Part shown: piece after piece, positions 10,021-19,761 of the stretch
Position numbering within the stretch: position 1 is the stretch's first letter
Layout of the letters: every line of letters begins with the position of its first letter
Source of the DNA: Hyalangium minutum
Lineage (GTDB): Bacteria; Myxococcota; Myxococcia; Myxococcales; Myxococcaceae
DNA: 64,000 nucleotides
Direction of reading: 5' to 3'
Assembly (NCBI RefSeq): GCF_000737315.1
Contig: NZ_JMCB01000006.1
Coordinates: forward strand, 620,001-684,000
Translations under genes and position numbers: made by a program
Notes under the pieces: generated by a model
The model's database searches: none
What the model saw: the letters and a program-made list of their open reading frames with translations, nothing else
Told to the model about the DNA's origin: nothing

Positions 10021-11151
10021 TCAGCGGCAGCGGGCTCGCAGCAGGGTGACGCCGGAGTCCGTGATGTGCCGGTAGAGGAGTCCGCCCTCGTCCAGCACCG
10101 CGAAGTCACGGAAGGTCTCCTCGGGCAGAGTGTTGAGGGGCAGATCCGTCTGTCCCAGCACCTTGCCCTCGACGGACTCCAAGCAGTAGACGCGGACACC
10201 GTAGTTGTGGGGCGGCGCGGCGGCGACCGTGGACAGCTCGCCCGTGACGCCCAGGTAGAGCGTTCCCGACAGGTCCGAGTCGAGCAGGTTGATGGACATG
10301 AGCGGGAAGCCGAAGCGGTACTCGCGCGTGTAGCGGTGCTGGCCCGTCTGGCGATCCACCGCGTTGACGAGCACGCGGCCCAGCTTCCGGTCCGTGATGT
10401 TGGCGAAGACGTACAAGCGCCCATCCCGGGTGGGGCGGCCGGGAATCTCGGGGCGCTCCAGGTCCGCGTTGCCCGAGGTGTCGCCGATGCGGACCAGCGC
10501 CCCGTGCTCGCGCTCGACGTAGACGGAGTCCCCATCCACGAAGGTGCCGGTGACGAGCCCCGGCTCGGGGATGTTCTTGCCCCCCACGGGCAGCTCGCCG
10601 CGCAGGGCGCCGGTGTCCGGGTTGATGATGGCCACGGTCTTGTCCTTGATGCGGTCGAGCACCAGCAGGGAGCCATCCTTCGCCAGGGTGATGTCCTGGG
10701 GCGTCTGCTGGGTGACGGGGAACGTGCCGAGCACCTTGCCCTCCGGGTCCATGCGGAGGAGGCGGCCGTTGACCTGGTCCAGCACCACCACGTTGCCGAG
10801 CAAGTCAGCGGTCATGGACATGGGAGCCTCGGGGCTGGCCTCCTGGGGGCGGTGGCGCCCGAGCTGCGAGGGGCCGCTGCCCCAGCCCAGCTCGGCGAAC
10901 ACCTCGGGCTTGGAGGGGGCACCAGGCTGAGAGGGAGAGGCCGCGGGAGCCTGGCTGCTCGGGCGGGAGCCCCCAGGGGAGGCTCCGGGTGGGGCACCCC
11001 CGGGGGAGGCCGAGGCGGTGGCACCGGGGGTGGGTGCGCTGCCAGGGGCGGCGGGTTCCGAGCCACTGCGAGAGCGCAGCAGAAAGAGCACCAGGGCGAT
11101 GACGCCGAGTGCCACGAGCCCTAGCAGGATGCTCCGCGTGCGAGCTGCCAT
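10021..11151 (-). CDS. membrane-anchored beta-propeller (NHL/SMP-30-like) protein
   Basis: N-terminal TM (MAARTRSILLGLVALG), Pro/Ala/Ser linker, repeated D..GN.VVLD strands. Start moved to ATG 11151. Confidence 0.65.
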   Translation of the reverse strand: MAARTRSILLGLVALGVIALVLFLLRSRSGSEPAAPGSAPTPGATASASPGGAPPGASPGGSRPSSQAPAASPSQPGAPSKPEVFAELGWGSGPSQLGRHRPQEASPEAPMSMTADLLGNVVVLDQVNGRLLRMDPEGKVLGTFPVTQQTPQDITLAKDGSLLVLDRIKDKTVAIINPDTGALRGELPVGGKNIPEPGLVTGTFVDGDSVYVEREHGALVRIGDTSGNADLERPEIPGRPTRDGRLYVFANITDRKLGRVLVNAVDRQTGQHRYTREYRFGFPLMSINLLDSDLSGTLYLGVTGELSTVAAAPPHNYGVRVYCLESVEGKVLGQTDLPLNTLPEETFRDFAVLDEGGLLYRHITDSGVTLLRARCR

Positions 11152-11215
11152 TCCCTTGCCTCCACCAGCCGAGAGCGCGCAGTAGAGCACACGAAGTCTA
11201 TACTCCGCGCCCACG

Positions 11216-12574
11216 ATGAAGACGGACAAGCTCAAGGAGCAGTTCCGGCGCACGCTGCGCAGAGACCTGTGGCTCGCGCTGGCGCCGGCCATCCTCGTGG
11301 TGGGCGTCGTGTTCGCCGTCACCTTCTTCTTCGTGAAGCCCGCGCCGCCGAAGAAGGTCGTCCTGGCCATGGCCACGGACGAGGGCGGCTTCCGGTACTT
11401 CGCGCGCAAGTACCAGGAGGCGCTCGCCAAGCATGGCATCACGCTCGAGCTGCGCCCCACGCAGGGCTCGGTCACCAGCGTGGGGTTGCTGGCGGATGAG
11501 AACTCCGGGGTAGACGTGGCGTTCGTGCAGAGCGGCACGGCGGGCGGAGAGAAGGCGGAGAACATCGTCTCGCTGGGCAGCCTCTCGTACATCCCGCTGT
11601 GGGTGTTCTACCGGGGCGAGCCCTTGGAGGACGTGCGAGGGCTGCAGGGCAAGCGCATCGCGGTGGGGGCCGAGGAGAGCGGCACGCGGGACCTCGCGGT
11701 GAAGCTGCTGGCGGCCAACGGCGTGGACAAGGCGCCGACGGAGCTGCTGCCCTTCACGCGCGAAGAGGCCGTGGAGAAGCTCAAGCAGGGGCAGATTGAC
11801 GCGGTGTTCCTCGTCTCGCCCGCGGAGTCGCCGATCCTCAAGAAGCTCGCCGCGGAGCCGGGGGTGCAGCTCTTGAGCTTCGCACGCGCGGATGCGTACT
11901 CCCGCCGGTTCACGTGGCTGTCGAAGCTGGTGCTGCCCCGAGGCGTGTTCGACCTGGCGGCGGACATTCCGCGGCATGACGTGCTGCTGCTGGCGCCCAC
12001 GGCGAACCTGGTGGCGAAGGACTCGTTGCACCCGGCGCTCGCGTACCTGCTGATGCGCACCGCGAGCGAGCTGCACGGCAGCGCGGGCATGCTGGACCGC
12101 AGCGGCGAGTTCCCAGCGCCGCTGGAGGCCGGCTTCCCGCTGAGCAGCGAGGCCAAGCGCTACTACACGGCCGGCGTCCCGTTCCTGCAGCGCTACCTGC
12201 CCTTCTGGGCGGCGAACCTGGTGGACCGGCTCTGGGTGATGCTGGTGCCCATTATCGCGGTGGTGGTGCCGCTGGGGCGCGCGGTGCCGGCGTTCTTCCT
12301 GTGGCGGGTCCGCTCGCGCATCCACAAGTGGTACGCGAGCCTGAAGGAAATCGAGCTCCAGCTCGAGGAGAGCCCGGGGAAGGAGATGCTCGAGGACATG
12401 CTGAAGCGGCTCGAGGAGGCCGAGCGCGCGGTGAACCGCATCCCCGTGCCGCTGGCGTACGCCGAGAACCTCTACTTCTTCCGCGAGCACATCGACGTGG
12501 TCCGCCGCCGGCTGCTGCGGCAGCTCTCGGAGGCCACGGGGGGCAAGGTGGTACAGCTGCCCGAGGCGAGCTGA
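11216..12574 (+). CDS. TAXI family TRAP transporter solute-binding subunit
   Basis: TQGSVT, DVAFVQSG, GKRIAVGAEESGT motifs; N-terminal TM. Confidence 0.85.
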   Translation: MKTDKLKEQFRRTLRRDLWLALAPAILVVGVVFAVTFFFVKPAPPKKVVLAMATDEGGFRYFARKYQEALAKHGITLELRPTQGSVTSVGLLADENSGVDVAFVQSGTAGGEKAENIVSLGSLSYIPLWVFYRGEPLEDVRGLQGKRIAVGAEESGTRDLAVKLLAANGVDKAPTELLPFTREEAVEKLKQGQIDAVFLVSPAESPILKKLAAEPGVQLLSFARADAYSRRFTWLSKLVLPRGVFDLAADIPRHDVLLLAPTANLVAKDSLHPALAYLLMRTASELHGSAGMLDRSGEFPAPLEAGFPLSSEAKRYYTAGVPFLQRYLPFWAANLVDRLWVMLVPIIAVVVPLGRAVPAFFLWRVRSRIHKWYASLKEIELQLEESPGKEMLEDMLKRLEEAERAVNRIPVPLAYAENLYFFREHIDVVRRRLLRQLSEATGGKVVQLPEAS

Positions 12575-12668
12575 GCGCACGGGCTGTCTGGGAGGGCCAC
12601 TCTCCCGGCCACTCCGGACCGGGAGTGCTTGCCCCCGGGGCGAGGCTGTGCGCTATTGCTCCGCGCCC

Positions 12669-14135
12669 GTGGCATCTCGCAAAACCCATCGACCGCTGAC
12701 CACCGTTGCTCTGGCCCTGAGCCTCTTCATGGCGGCCCTGGAGATGACGGTTGTCTCCACCGCCATGCCCACCGTCGTGAGTGACTTGGGCGGCATCGAG
12801 CACTACGCGTGGGTCTTCACCGCGTACATGCTGGCCTCGACGATTACCGTCCCCATCTTCGGGAAGCTGGCGGACCTGTATGGGCGCAAGCCCATCCTGC
12901 TGTTCGGCATCGGGTTGTTCCTGGTGGGCTCGGTGGCGAGCGGCCTGTCGCCTACGATGGAGTGGCTCATCGCCTTCCGCACGCTGCAGGGGCTGGGGGC
13001 CGGTGCCATGCAGCCCATCACGCTGACGGTGGTGGGGGACATCTACAACCTGCAGGAGCGCGCCCGGGTGCAGGGGGTGTTCAGCGGGGTGTGGGGCCTG
13101 TCCGGGCTCTTGGGGCCGCTGGCGGGAGGCTTCATCGTCCAGTGGCTGTCGTGGCACTGGATCTTCTACATCAACGTGCCGGTGGGACTGGCCACGGTGG
13201 TGCTGATCATCATCTTCTTCCACGAGGACATCCAGAAGCAGCCGCACACGCTCGATATCGCGGGCGCGGTGCTGCTGGCGGTGGGGGTGGTGGCGCTGCT
13301 GTTGGGCGCGCAGACCACCGGGAGCCGGTGGTTGCCGCTGGGGGTGGCGGCGGTGGTGCTGACGGGCTTCGTGCTCGTGGAGCGGCGGGTGAAGGAGCCG
13401 GTCATTCCTCCGAGCATCTTCGCGATCCGGTCCATCGTGATTGCCTCGGTGGCCTCGGCGCTGTTCTCGGCGGCGATGTTCGGGGCCACCACGTATGTGC
13501 CCCTCTTCGTGCAGGGGGTGCTGGGCGGCACGGCCACGGAGGCGGGCGGGATGATCACCCCCATGCTGGTGGGGTGGCCGGTGTGCTCGCTGATCGCCGG
13601 GCGGCTGCTGGTGAAGGTGGGCTTCCGGCCGCTCATCGTGGGAGGCCTGGGGCTGGCGGGGTTCGCCACGGTGGCCATGGCGCTGCTGCTCAAGCCGGGC
13701 GTGCCCCTGGTGCTGCCGGGGTTGGCGATGGGCTTGTTCGGGATGGGCCTGGGGTTCGCGGCCACAGCGCTGCTGATTGCTGTGCAGACGAGCGTGGGCT
13801 GGGAGATGCGGGGCGTGGCCACCGCGAGCAACATGTTCTTCCGCACCGTGGGCGGCGCGGTGGGCGTGGGGGCGATGGGTGGGGTGCTGGTGGCGCGGCT
13901 GACGGCGAACCCGGAGGTTCCGGTGAGCGCGGCCAATGCGCTGCTCGGGCCCGAGCATGGGCGCGGGCTGAGCGCGGAGGTACTGCAGCAGCTCAGCGGG
14001 TTTCTGACCGAGGGGCTCGCGACGAACTTCTGGATCATCGCCGCCGCGGCGGTGTTGGCCTTCGGGTTCAGCTTCTTCTTCCCTCGTGTGAAGCCGAGCG
14101 GCGCGCCCGCCCCGAGCGAAGCGGCGATGCACTGA
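12669..14135 (+). CDS. MDR family MFS transporter (DHA2, EmrB/QacA-like)
   Basis: About 14 TM helices; GKLADLYGRK, RTLQGLGAG, WHWIFYINVP. Probable GTG start at 12669. Confidence 0.92.
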   Translation: MASRKTHRPLTTVALALSLFMAALEMTVVSTAMPTVVSDLGGIEHYAWVFTAYMLASTITVPIFGKLADLYGRKPILLFGIGLFLVGSVASGLSPTMEWLIAFRTLQGLGAGAMQPITLTVVGDIYNLQERARVQGVFSGVWGLSGLLGPLAGGFIVQWLSWHWIFYINVPVGLATVVLIIIFFHEDIQKQPHTLDIAGAVLLAVGVVALLLGAQTTGSRWLPLGVAAVVLTGFVLVERRVKEPVIPPSIFAIRSIVIASVASALFSAAMFGATTYVPLFVQGVLGGTATEAGGMITPMLVGWPVCSLIAGRLLVKVGFRPLIVGGLGLAGFATVAMALLLKPGVPLVLPGLAMGLFGMGLGFAATALLIAVQTSVGWEMRGVATASNMFFRTVGGAVGVGAMGGVLVARLTANPEVPVSAANALLGPEHGRGLSAEVLQQLSGFLTEGLATNFWIIAAAAVLAFGFSFFFPRVKPSGAPAPSEAAMH

Positions 14136-14235
14136 GAACGAACCGGTCTGGCTGTCCGACAGGTTTTGGAAGGCCGCGCCGGGCAGGACTCCTGAACTCA
14201 GCGGCTGATGAAGTAGCATCGCGGTGGGGGGACGC

Positions 14236-15585
14236 ATGACGGAACCACAAGCACCCGCGGGCTCTCAGCCGAAGAAGACGACCTCAGTCTGGCAGTCGCT
14301 CCTGGTTTTCCCAGCCCTGGGTTCTCTGGGCCTCGGCGTCGTGCTGCCCTTGTGGCTCCTGGCCGTCACCCTGTCCACGTTCGCGTCCCTGGCCTGGCTC
14401 GAGAACTCCATCAGGCGGCTCTCCGCCCAGAGCCAGGAGGTGATGGCCATGGCCGGCCTCGTGTCCGCGGTGCTCGTGCTCGGAGGGCTCGGGGCCGCGA
14501 CGTGGGGGCGCGTCCAGGAGACCTTCCACCCGCCGGGCTCCCCCGAGGCACGCGGCGGCTCCAAGGGATGGCTGCTGCGCCACCCCTGGTGGACGCTGGG
14601 CCTCGGGCTGTTCGTCGCGCACGTGCTGCTGTGGAGGAACCCCAGCCAACATCCCCTGGCGGCGGCCTCCGTCCTGCTGTCGGAGAGCTCCTGGTTCTTC
14701 CTCACCACCACGTGGCTGGCATGGCGGCTCGCGTGGGGCAGCCTCCGGCTCGGCTGGCGGCTGTCCCGGGCCAGTCCCTTCCTGGCAGGCCTCGTGGTGG
14801 CCGCAGGCCTCTTCACCGCGGTGGGATGGACCGTCTTCCTCAACGTCGCCGAGGGGCTGTCCCGGGCTTTGCCCGAGCTGGTTGATGCCCTGAACTTTCC
14901 GCGCCGGGGGGGTGGCTGGAGTCCTTCGAGCCTGGGGGGCAGCTTCTCCTCAAGCCTGCCGGAGCCCGTGGCACCCGCCCTCTTCGAGCGGGAACAGCAT
15001 GGCACGCTCCTGCTCACTCCCACCCGCCTCGGCAACCTGGGAGAGGAGAACGTCAGCTTCTCTGAAGCCATCGAACGGGCGGCGGCCTCCGGAGTCGAGC
15101 GCGACTTCTCGAACTGTGTCCAGGGCCTGGGCTCCCAGCTCCGCAAGGAAGCCACGTCGATCGCGGGCAGGTACGTGAACTCCTTCGAGGCCCAGGACGT
15201 GGTGCAAGACGTCCTCCTGCGCGTCTGCCTGCGTGGCCGCGCTCCGGCCTCCGCCCCTGGCTACTTCATCCGTTCCGTGCAGAACCGGGCCCTCGAATGG
15301 CGGCGGCGCTCCGCGTACCACTGCTCCTTCACGGAGGCCCCGGAGCAGCACTGCGACGTGCAAACGGACGAGGAGTACCTTCAGCAGGAGCAATACCGGG
15401 CCCTCACCAAGGCCATGTGCTCCCTCTCTGAGGACGATAAAAAGGTGCTGCGCCTGCGCTACTACGAGGGTGAGGAGTACGCCGACATCGCCCAGCAACT
15501 GGGCATGAGCCAGGACAGCGCGCGGCAGCGGGTGTCGCGGGCCGTCAAACGGCTCCGGGACGCCTTCCAGACCACCTGCCTCTGA
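14236..15585 (+). CDS. ECF sigma-70 factor with N-terminal multi-pass membrane domain
   Basis: About 5 hydrophobic helices in the N-terminal half; region 2 AQDVVQDVLLRV...YFIRSVQNRALEWRRR; region 4 LSEDDKKVLRLRYYEGEEYADIAQQLGMSQDSARQRVSRAVKRL. Confidence 0.8.
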   Translation: MTEPQAPAGSQPKKTTSVWQSLLVFPALGSLGLGVVLPLWLLAVTLSTFASLAWLENSIRRLSAQSQEVMAMAGLVSAVLVLGGLGAATWGRVQETFHPPGSPEARGGSKGWLLRHPWWTLGLGLFVAHVLLWRNPSQHPLAAASVLLSESSWFFLTTTWLAWRLAWGSLRLGWRLSRASPFLAGLVVAAGLFTAVGWTVFLNVAEGLSRALPELVDALNFPRRGGGWSPSSLGGSFSSSLPEPVAPALFEREQHGTLLLTPTRLGNLGEENVSFSEAIERAAASGVERDFSNCVQGLGSQLRKEATSIAGRYVNSFEAQDVVQDVLLRVCLRGRAPASAPGYFIRSVQNRALEWRRRSAYHCSFTEAPEQHCDVQTDEEYLQQEQYRALTKAMCSLSEDDKKVLRLRYYEGEEYADIAQQLGMSQDSARQRVSRAVKRLRDAFQTTCL

Positions 15586-15722
15586 AAAATCCGGGGAAAT
15601 TACTCCCGCATTTCCCTTGTGATTCCAGGGACTTGAGGACGACTGTCACAAGAATTCGGCTCCGAAGTGGAGAGGGGACAACCCGGTCCGCCGCTGCGTG
15701 GACCTCCACCCTGGAGCACCTC

Positions 15723-16670
15723 ATGAACCTGGAGCCTGGTGACGCCCCTCTCCCACTCTCGCCCACCTCCGAAGCGAGCTCGGACAGGCCTGTCGAGGGA
15801 GGGCCGCTGCCCCCCTCGGTGAACTACCACCTGTGGCAGCCGTGCAACATGCGCTGCCGCTTCTGCTTCGCCACCTTCGAAGACGTGCGCGGCCAACTGC
15901 CCGCGGGGCACCTGCCGCGTGAGCAGTCCGTGCAACTGGTGCGGCTCCTGGCGCGGAGCTTCCAGAAGATCACCTTCGCGGGAGGCGAGCCGCTGCTGTG
16001 CCCCTGGCTCCCCGAGCTGGTGCGGGCGGCGCATGAGGAGGGCGCCGTCACCATGCTCGTCACCAATGGGAGCCGGCTGCGCCCCGAGCAGCTGGAGCAG
16101 CTCGCGGGCCACCTGGACTGGGCGGCGCTGAGCGTGGACAGCACCTCGGAGGAGACGCACCTGAAGCTGGGGCGGGCGGTGTTGGGCCGCAAGGCGCTGT
16201 CGCTGGCGGATTACGAGGCGGTGGCGGCGCGGCTCCGGGCGGCGGGAGTCCGGGTGAAGTTGAACACCGTCGTCACCTCGCTCAACGCGGGGGAGGACCT
16301 GACGCCGCTGGTGCGCCGGCTGAAGCCCGAGCGCTGGAAGGTGCTGAGGGTGCTCCCGGTGGAGGGGCAGAACGACGGGAAGGTGGAGCCGCTGCTGTGC
16401 ACGGACGCGGACTTCCTGTCCTTCGTGGCGCGCCACCAGCACCTGGAGGCGGAGGGGGTGGCCATCGCGGCCGAGGACAACGAGGACATGCGCGGCAGCT
16501 ACGCCATGGTGGATCCGGCGGGCCGCTTCTTCGAGAACACCCGAGGCTTCCACCACTACAGCGATCCGCTCCTCGCGGCGGGGCTGCGGGCGGCCTGGGC
16601 GCAGGTGCGCTTCTCGATGGAGCGCTTCGAGAACCGCGGGGGCCGCTACGACTTCGGAGGTGGGCGATGA
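15723..16670 (+). CDS. prokaryotic viperin (pVip), antiviral radical SAM enzyme
   Basis: SVNYHLWQPCNMRCRFCFA, KITFAGGEPLL, VTNGS, LSVDS, KLNTVV, RWKV, MRGSYAMVDPAGRFF: the viperin signature set. Confidence 0.9.
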   Translation: MNLEPGDAPLPLSPTSEASSDRPVEGGPLPPSVNYHLWQPCNMRCRFCFATFEDVRGQLPAGHLPREQSVQLVRLLARSFQKITFAGGEPLLCPWLPELVRAAHEEGAVTMLVTNGSRLRPEQLEQLAGHLDWAALSVDSTSEETHLKLGRAVLGRKALSLADYEAVAARLRAAGVRVKLNTVVTSLNAGEDLTPLVRRLKPERWKVLRVLPVEGQNDGKVEPLLCTDADFLSFVARHQHLEAEGVAIAAEDNEDMRGSYAMVDPAGRFFENTRGFHHYSDPLLAAGLRAAWAQVRFSMERFENRGGRYDFGGGR

Positions 16671-17239
16671 GTCCGGTGCCTGGCTTCATCTGTCTGGCGG
16701 GAGCCTCGGGAGCAGGCAAGGACACCCTGGGGGCAATGCTGGCCGAGGCCCACGGCTACCAGCGGGTGGCGCTGGCGGATCCGCTCAAGGTGGCGATGAT
16801 GGGGCTCTTCGGCCTGGGCCCCGAGCAGCTCTGGGGAGAGGCGCGCAACGTGCCGGATGCCCGGCTGGGACGGGCGCCTCGGGAGCTGTACCAGCGCTTC
16901 GGGCAGGCATGCGTGGAGCTGGATCCAGAGGTCTGGCTGCGGCCGTTCCGCGCGCGGGTGGCGTCACTGCGGCGGGAGGGGCTGCGGGTCGTCTGCACGG
17001 ACCTCCGGACGCCGCGAGAGTTCGAGGCGGCGCGGGAGATGGGAGCGGCCCTCTGGCTCATCACCCGTCCTGGGGCTGGTGCTCCGGGGGCCTTGGGGCA
17101 GCACGCCACGGAGCGAGGTGTGGCGGCCTTCGAGGCGTCGCGATTCGATCGGGCCCTGAGCAACACGGGCACACTCGAACAGCTTCGTGAGGAACTCTCG
17201 CGAGCGATGGAGGCTCCCAGAGCCGTGGCGCAGCCGTAA
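16667..17239 (+). CDS. deoxynucleoside monophosphate kinase (phage T4 gp1-like)
   Basis: P-loop GASGAGKDT, ALADPLK, RELYQRFG, TDLRTPRE; ATGA overlap with the viperin stop. Confidence 0.8.
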   Translation: MSPVPGFICLAGASGAGKDTLGAMLAEAHGYQRVALADPLKVAMMGLFGLGPEQLWGEARNVPDARLGRAPRELYQRFGQACVELDPEVWLRPFRARVASLRREGLRVVCTDLRTPREFEAAREMGAALWLITRPGAGAPGALGQHATERGVAAFEASRFDRALSNTGTLEQLREELSRAMEAPRAVAQP

Positions 17240-17248
17240 GGGGGAGAG

Positions 17249-17280
17249 CGGCGAGCGCTTCTGGTTCGAAGCGCTCGCCG
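17249..17280. terminator. hairpin between convergent genes
   Basis: CGGCGAGCGCTTC-6 nt-GAAGCGCTCGCCG, a perfect 13-bp stem. Confidence 0.7.
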
Positions 17281-17286
17281 GGGTTC

Positions 17287-17928
17287 TCAATTGCACTTCT
17301 TGTCGATGTCGTTGTTCACCAGGAAGGGCTCGCCCGCGGAGACCTGCAGGTTCCACGTGCTGGGGTAGCACCAGCCGAAAACCGTCCCATCCGCGGAGCC
17401 CACAGCCCAAGTGTCCGGGATGTCATTCAGGTCTTTGTCCAGATTGCCGGCAGCAAAGGCCAGGTAGTCCCAGTTCTCATTCGTGCCGAAGATCCCCGGA
17501 AACCCTCCCATGCCATTCGACATGGCGTCCCCGCCCCAGGACCAGGCGGCAATCGGAGCCGGCTGGAAGAGGGGCGGGAGCGTGGGGTGGTCGTACGTGT
17601 CCACGCCAATGCAGGTATCGGTGTCGTTCGCGACGGCATACTCGCCGCTGCGGTCCTCAAAGGAGGTGCAGGGATCCGAGAGGTGGTAGCTGTAGTAGTT
17701 GCCACGCTCCAGCTCGAAGCCTGGGACATGGATGGACGTGGGCATGAGGGTCTGAGCGCTCAGGCCCGCATGGAGCTGCTTGAGGTGGGTGATCGCTTCG
17801 GACCGCTTCGCGTGCTTCTGGGCCTCGAAGAACCTCGGCAGGCCAATGGCTCCGAGGACGGCGGCCATGGACATGGCGAGGAGCACTTCGATGTAGGTGA
17901 AGCCGTGGCGGCGGACAGGCAGTGTCAT
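17287..17928 (-). CDS. type IV pilin-like protein (PilA paralog)
   Basis: Class III signal G|FTYIE; KRSEA, ERGNYYSYHL, YLAFAAGNLDKD..DTWAV resemble myxobacterial PilA. Confidence 0.85.
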   Translation of the reverse strand: MTLPVRRHGFTYIEVLLAMSMAAVLGAIGLPRFFEAQKHAKRSEAITHLKQLHAGLSAQTLMPTSIHVPGFELERGNYYSYHLSDPCTSFEDRSGEYAVANDTDTCIGVDTYDHPTLPPLFQPAPIAAWSWGGDAMSNGMGGFPGIFGTNENWDYLAFAAGNLDKDLNDIPDTWAVGSADGTVFGWCYPSTWNLQVSAGEPFLVNNDIDKKCN

Positions 17929-17966
17929 TCGTCTCTCCAGGGTTGGGGATGGTGGCCGCCGCCTAG

Positions 17967-17982
17967 AGCAGGCGCCGGGCCA
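17967..17982 (-). promoter_or_regulatory. sigma-54 (-24/-12) promoter
   Basis: The minus strand reads TGGCCCGGCGCCTGCT (GG-N10-GC), about 40 bp upstream of the pilin start. Confidence 0.55.
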
Positions 17983-18144
17983 AGCACCGGCAGCCCTGCA
18001 AGCCCGCGAAATCAGGTGGATGGCAGCCTGTTGCCGCGCAGCCACTGACAATCCACGGACATCGCAGTGCCCATGTTTGTCCCTGTGACGGATGAGCCAC
18101 TCGCGTCACTCCGAGCGCGTGCTCCAGGTGATACTTTTCCTGGC

Positions 18145-19692
18145 ATGCCCCGCTGGTTCAACACCGCTGGCCCGTGCCGCCCGGAACACCACTACATGCT
18201 CCCGGCAACGAGGCGCCTGCCCGAGGTGCGCCGCCTCATCGAGCAGGAGGGCTACTTCGTCGTCCACGCTCCTCGGCAGGTGGGGAAGACCACCGCCTTG
18301 CTCTCGTTGGCGCAGGAGCTCACCTCCGAGGGCCGGTATGCCGCCGTGCTCGTCTCCATGGAAGTGGGCGCGGCCTTTCCAGGGGACATTGGAGCAGCCG
18401 AAGCGGCCATTCTCGATGATTGGAGAGAGACGGCGGCGCAACTCCCGCCCGAGCTGCGCCTGCCCCCCTTCTCCGAGGCACCTCCTGGACGTCGTGTCGG
18501 CGCGGCTCTCGCCGCTTGGTCGCGTGCGTCTCCACGGCCCCTGGTCGTCTTCTTGGATGAGATCGACTCGCTCCGCGATGAAGTGCTCGTCTCCGTGCTG
18601 CGTCAGCTCCGCAGTGGGCACAGCAACCGGCCCCAGAACTTCCCTGCATCCCTCGCGCTGATCGGGCTGAGGGATGTGCGCGACTACAAGGTGACCTCCG
18701 ACGACCGGGAGTCCCTCGGCACAGCCAGTCCCTTCAACATCAAGGTGCGCTCGCTCACCCTGCGCGACTTCACCGCGGAGGAAGTGTCGGAGCTGTACCA
18801 GCAACACACCTCGGAGACCGGCCAGCGTTTCGAAGCGGACGCGCTCACACGGGCCTTCGAACTCACCCAGGGCCAGCCCTGGCTCGTCAATGCGCTGGCC
18901 AAAGTGGCCGTCGAGGAGCTCGTCACCGATACCACCCAGCCCATCCGCCGTGCGGACATCGAGCGCGCCAAGGTGCTGCTGATCGAGCGCCAGGAAACGC
19001 ATCTGGACAGCCTGGCCGAGCGCCTGCGCGAGCCGCGCATCCGCGCCATCCTGGAGCCCATGCTCGCAGGCACGATCCCCGGAGCCCTGCCTCCAGACGA
19101 TGTGCGCTTCGCGGTGGACTTGGGACTCATCCGCATGAACGAAGCGGGCGCCTTCGAGGTCGCCAATCCCATCTACCGCGAGGTGGTGGTGCGCGAGCTG
19201 TCGTTCCCCTCGCGAGCGGCCTTACCTCCCCTGCAGCCCACATGGCTGCGGCCGGACGGGCGGCTGGATCCGAAGGGCCTGTGCGATGCGTTCATCGCCT
19301 TCTGGCGCCAACACGGCGAGCCGCTGCTGGCTACGGCGCCCTACCATGAGGTGGCACCGCACTTGGTGCTCATGGCCTTCCTCCACCGCGTCGTGAACGG
19401 CGGCGGATCCATCGAACGCGAGTATGCGATTGGACGCGGGCGCATGGACCTGTGCGTGCGCTACAAGCAGGACACCCTGGCCCTGGAGATCAAGGTCTGG
19501 CGAGACAAGGAAGCGGATCCTCTCGCCGAGGGCCTCTCACAGCTCGACAGGTACCTCGCAGGCTTGAACCTGGACTCGGGCTGGTTGGTGATCTTCGACC
19601 GGCGCAGCGGGGTCGGGGCTCTGGCCGAACGTACGAGGTCGGAACAGGCCACGACTCCGTCAGGGCGCGCGGTCACCATCATCCGGGCCTAA
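18145..19692 (+). CDS. AAA-like ATPase with C-terminal PD-(D/E)XK nuclease-like domain
   Basis: MPRWFNTAGPC; Walker A HAPRQVGKTT; Walker B VFLDEID; GRMDL...LEIKVWR. Confidence 0.82.
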   Translation: MPRWFNTAGPCRPEHHYMLPATRRLPEVRRLIEQEGYFVVHAPRQVGKTTALLSLAQELTSEGRYAAVLVSMEVGAAFPGDIGAAEAAILDDWRETAAQLPPELRLPPFSEAPPGRRVGAALAAWSRASPRPLVVFLDEIDSLRDEVLVSVLRQLRSGHSNRPQNFPASLALIGLRDVRDYKVTSDDRESLGTASPFNIKVRSLTLRDFTAEEVSELYQQHTSETGQRFEADALTRAFELTQGQPWLVNALAKVAVEELVTDTTQPIRRADIERAKVLLIERQETHLDSLAERLREPRIRAILEPMLAGTIPGALPPDDVRFAVDLGLIRMNEAGAFEVANPIYREVVVRELSFPSRAALPPLQPTWLRPDGRLDPKGLCDAFIAFWRQHGEPLLATAPYHEVAPHLVLMAFLHRVVNGGGSIEREYAIGRGRMDLCVRYKQDTLALEIKVWRDKEADPLAEGLSQLDRYLAGLNLDSGWLVIFDRRSGVGALAERTRSEQATTPSGRAVTIIRA

Positions 19693-19761
19693 GAAAAGCG
19701 CTGGCCCTCACGCAGCAGTGGTGTCTTTCATGGACGGGCAGAACCTCAGCGCCTCCTATCA

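Noticed and set aside
15644-15670. TGTCAC as an ECF -35 element for viperin
   Set aside because: No convincing -10 at 15-17 nt spacing, so it is not used as evidence for regulation by the adjacent sigma factor.
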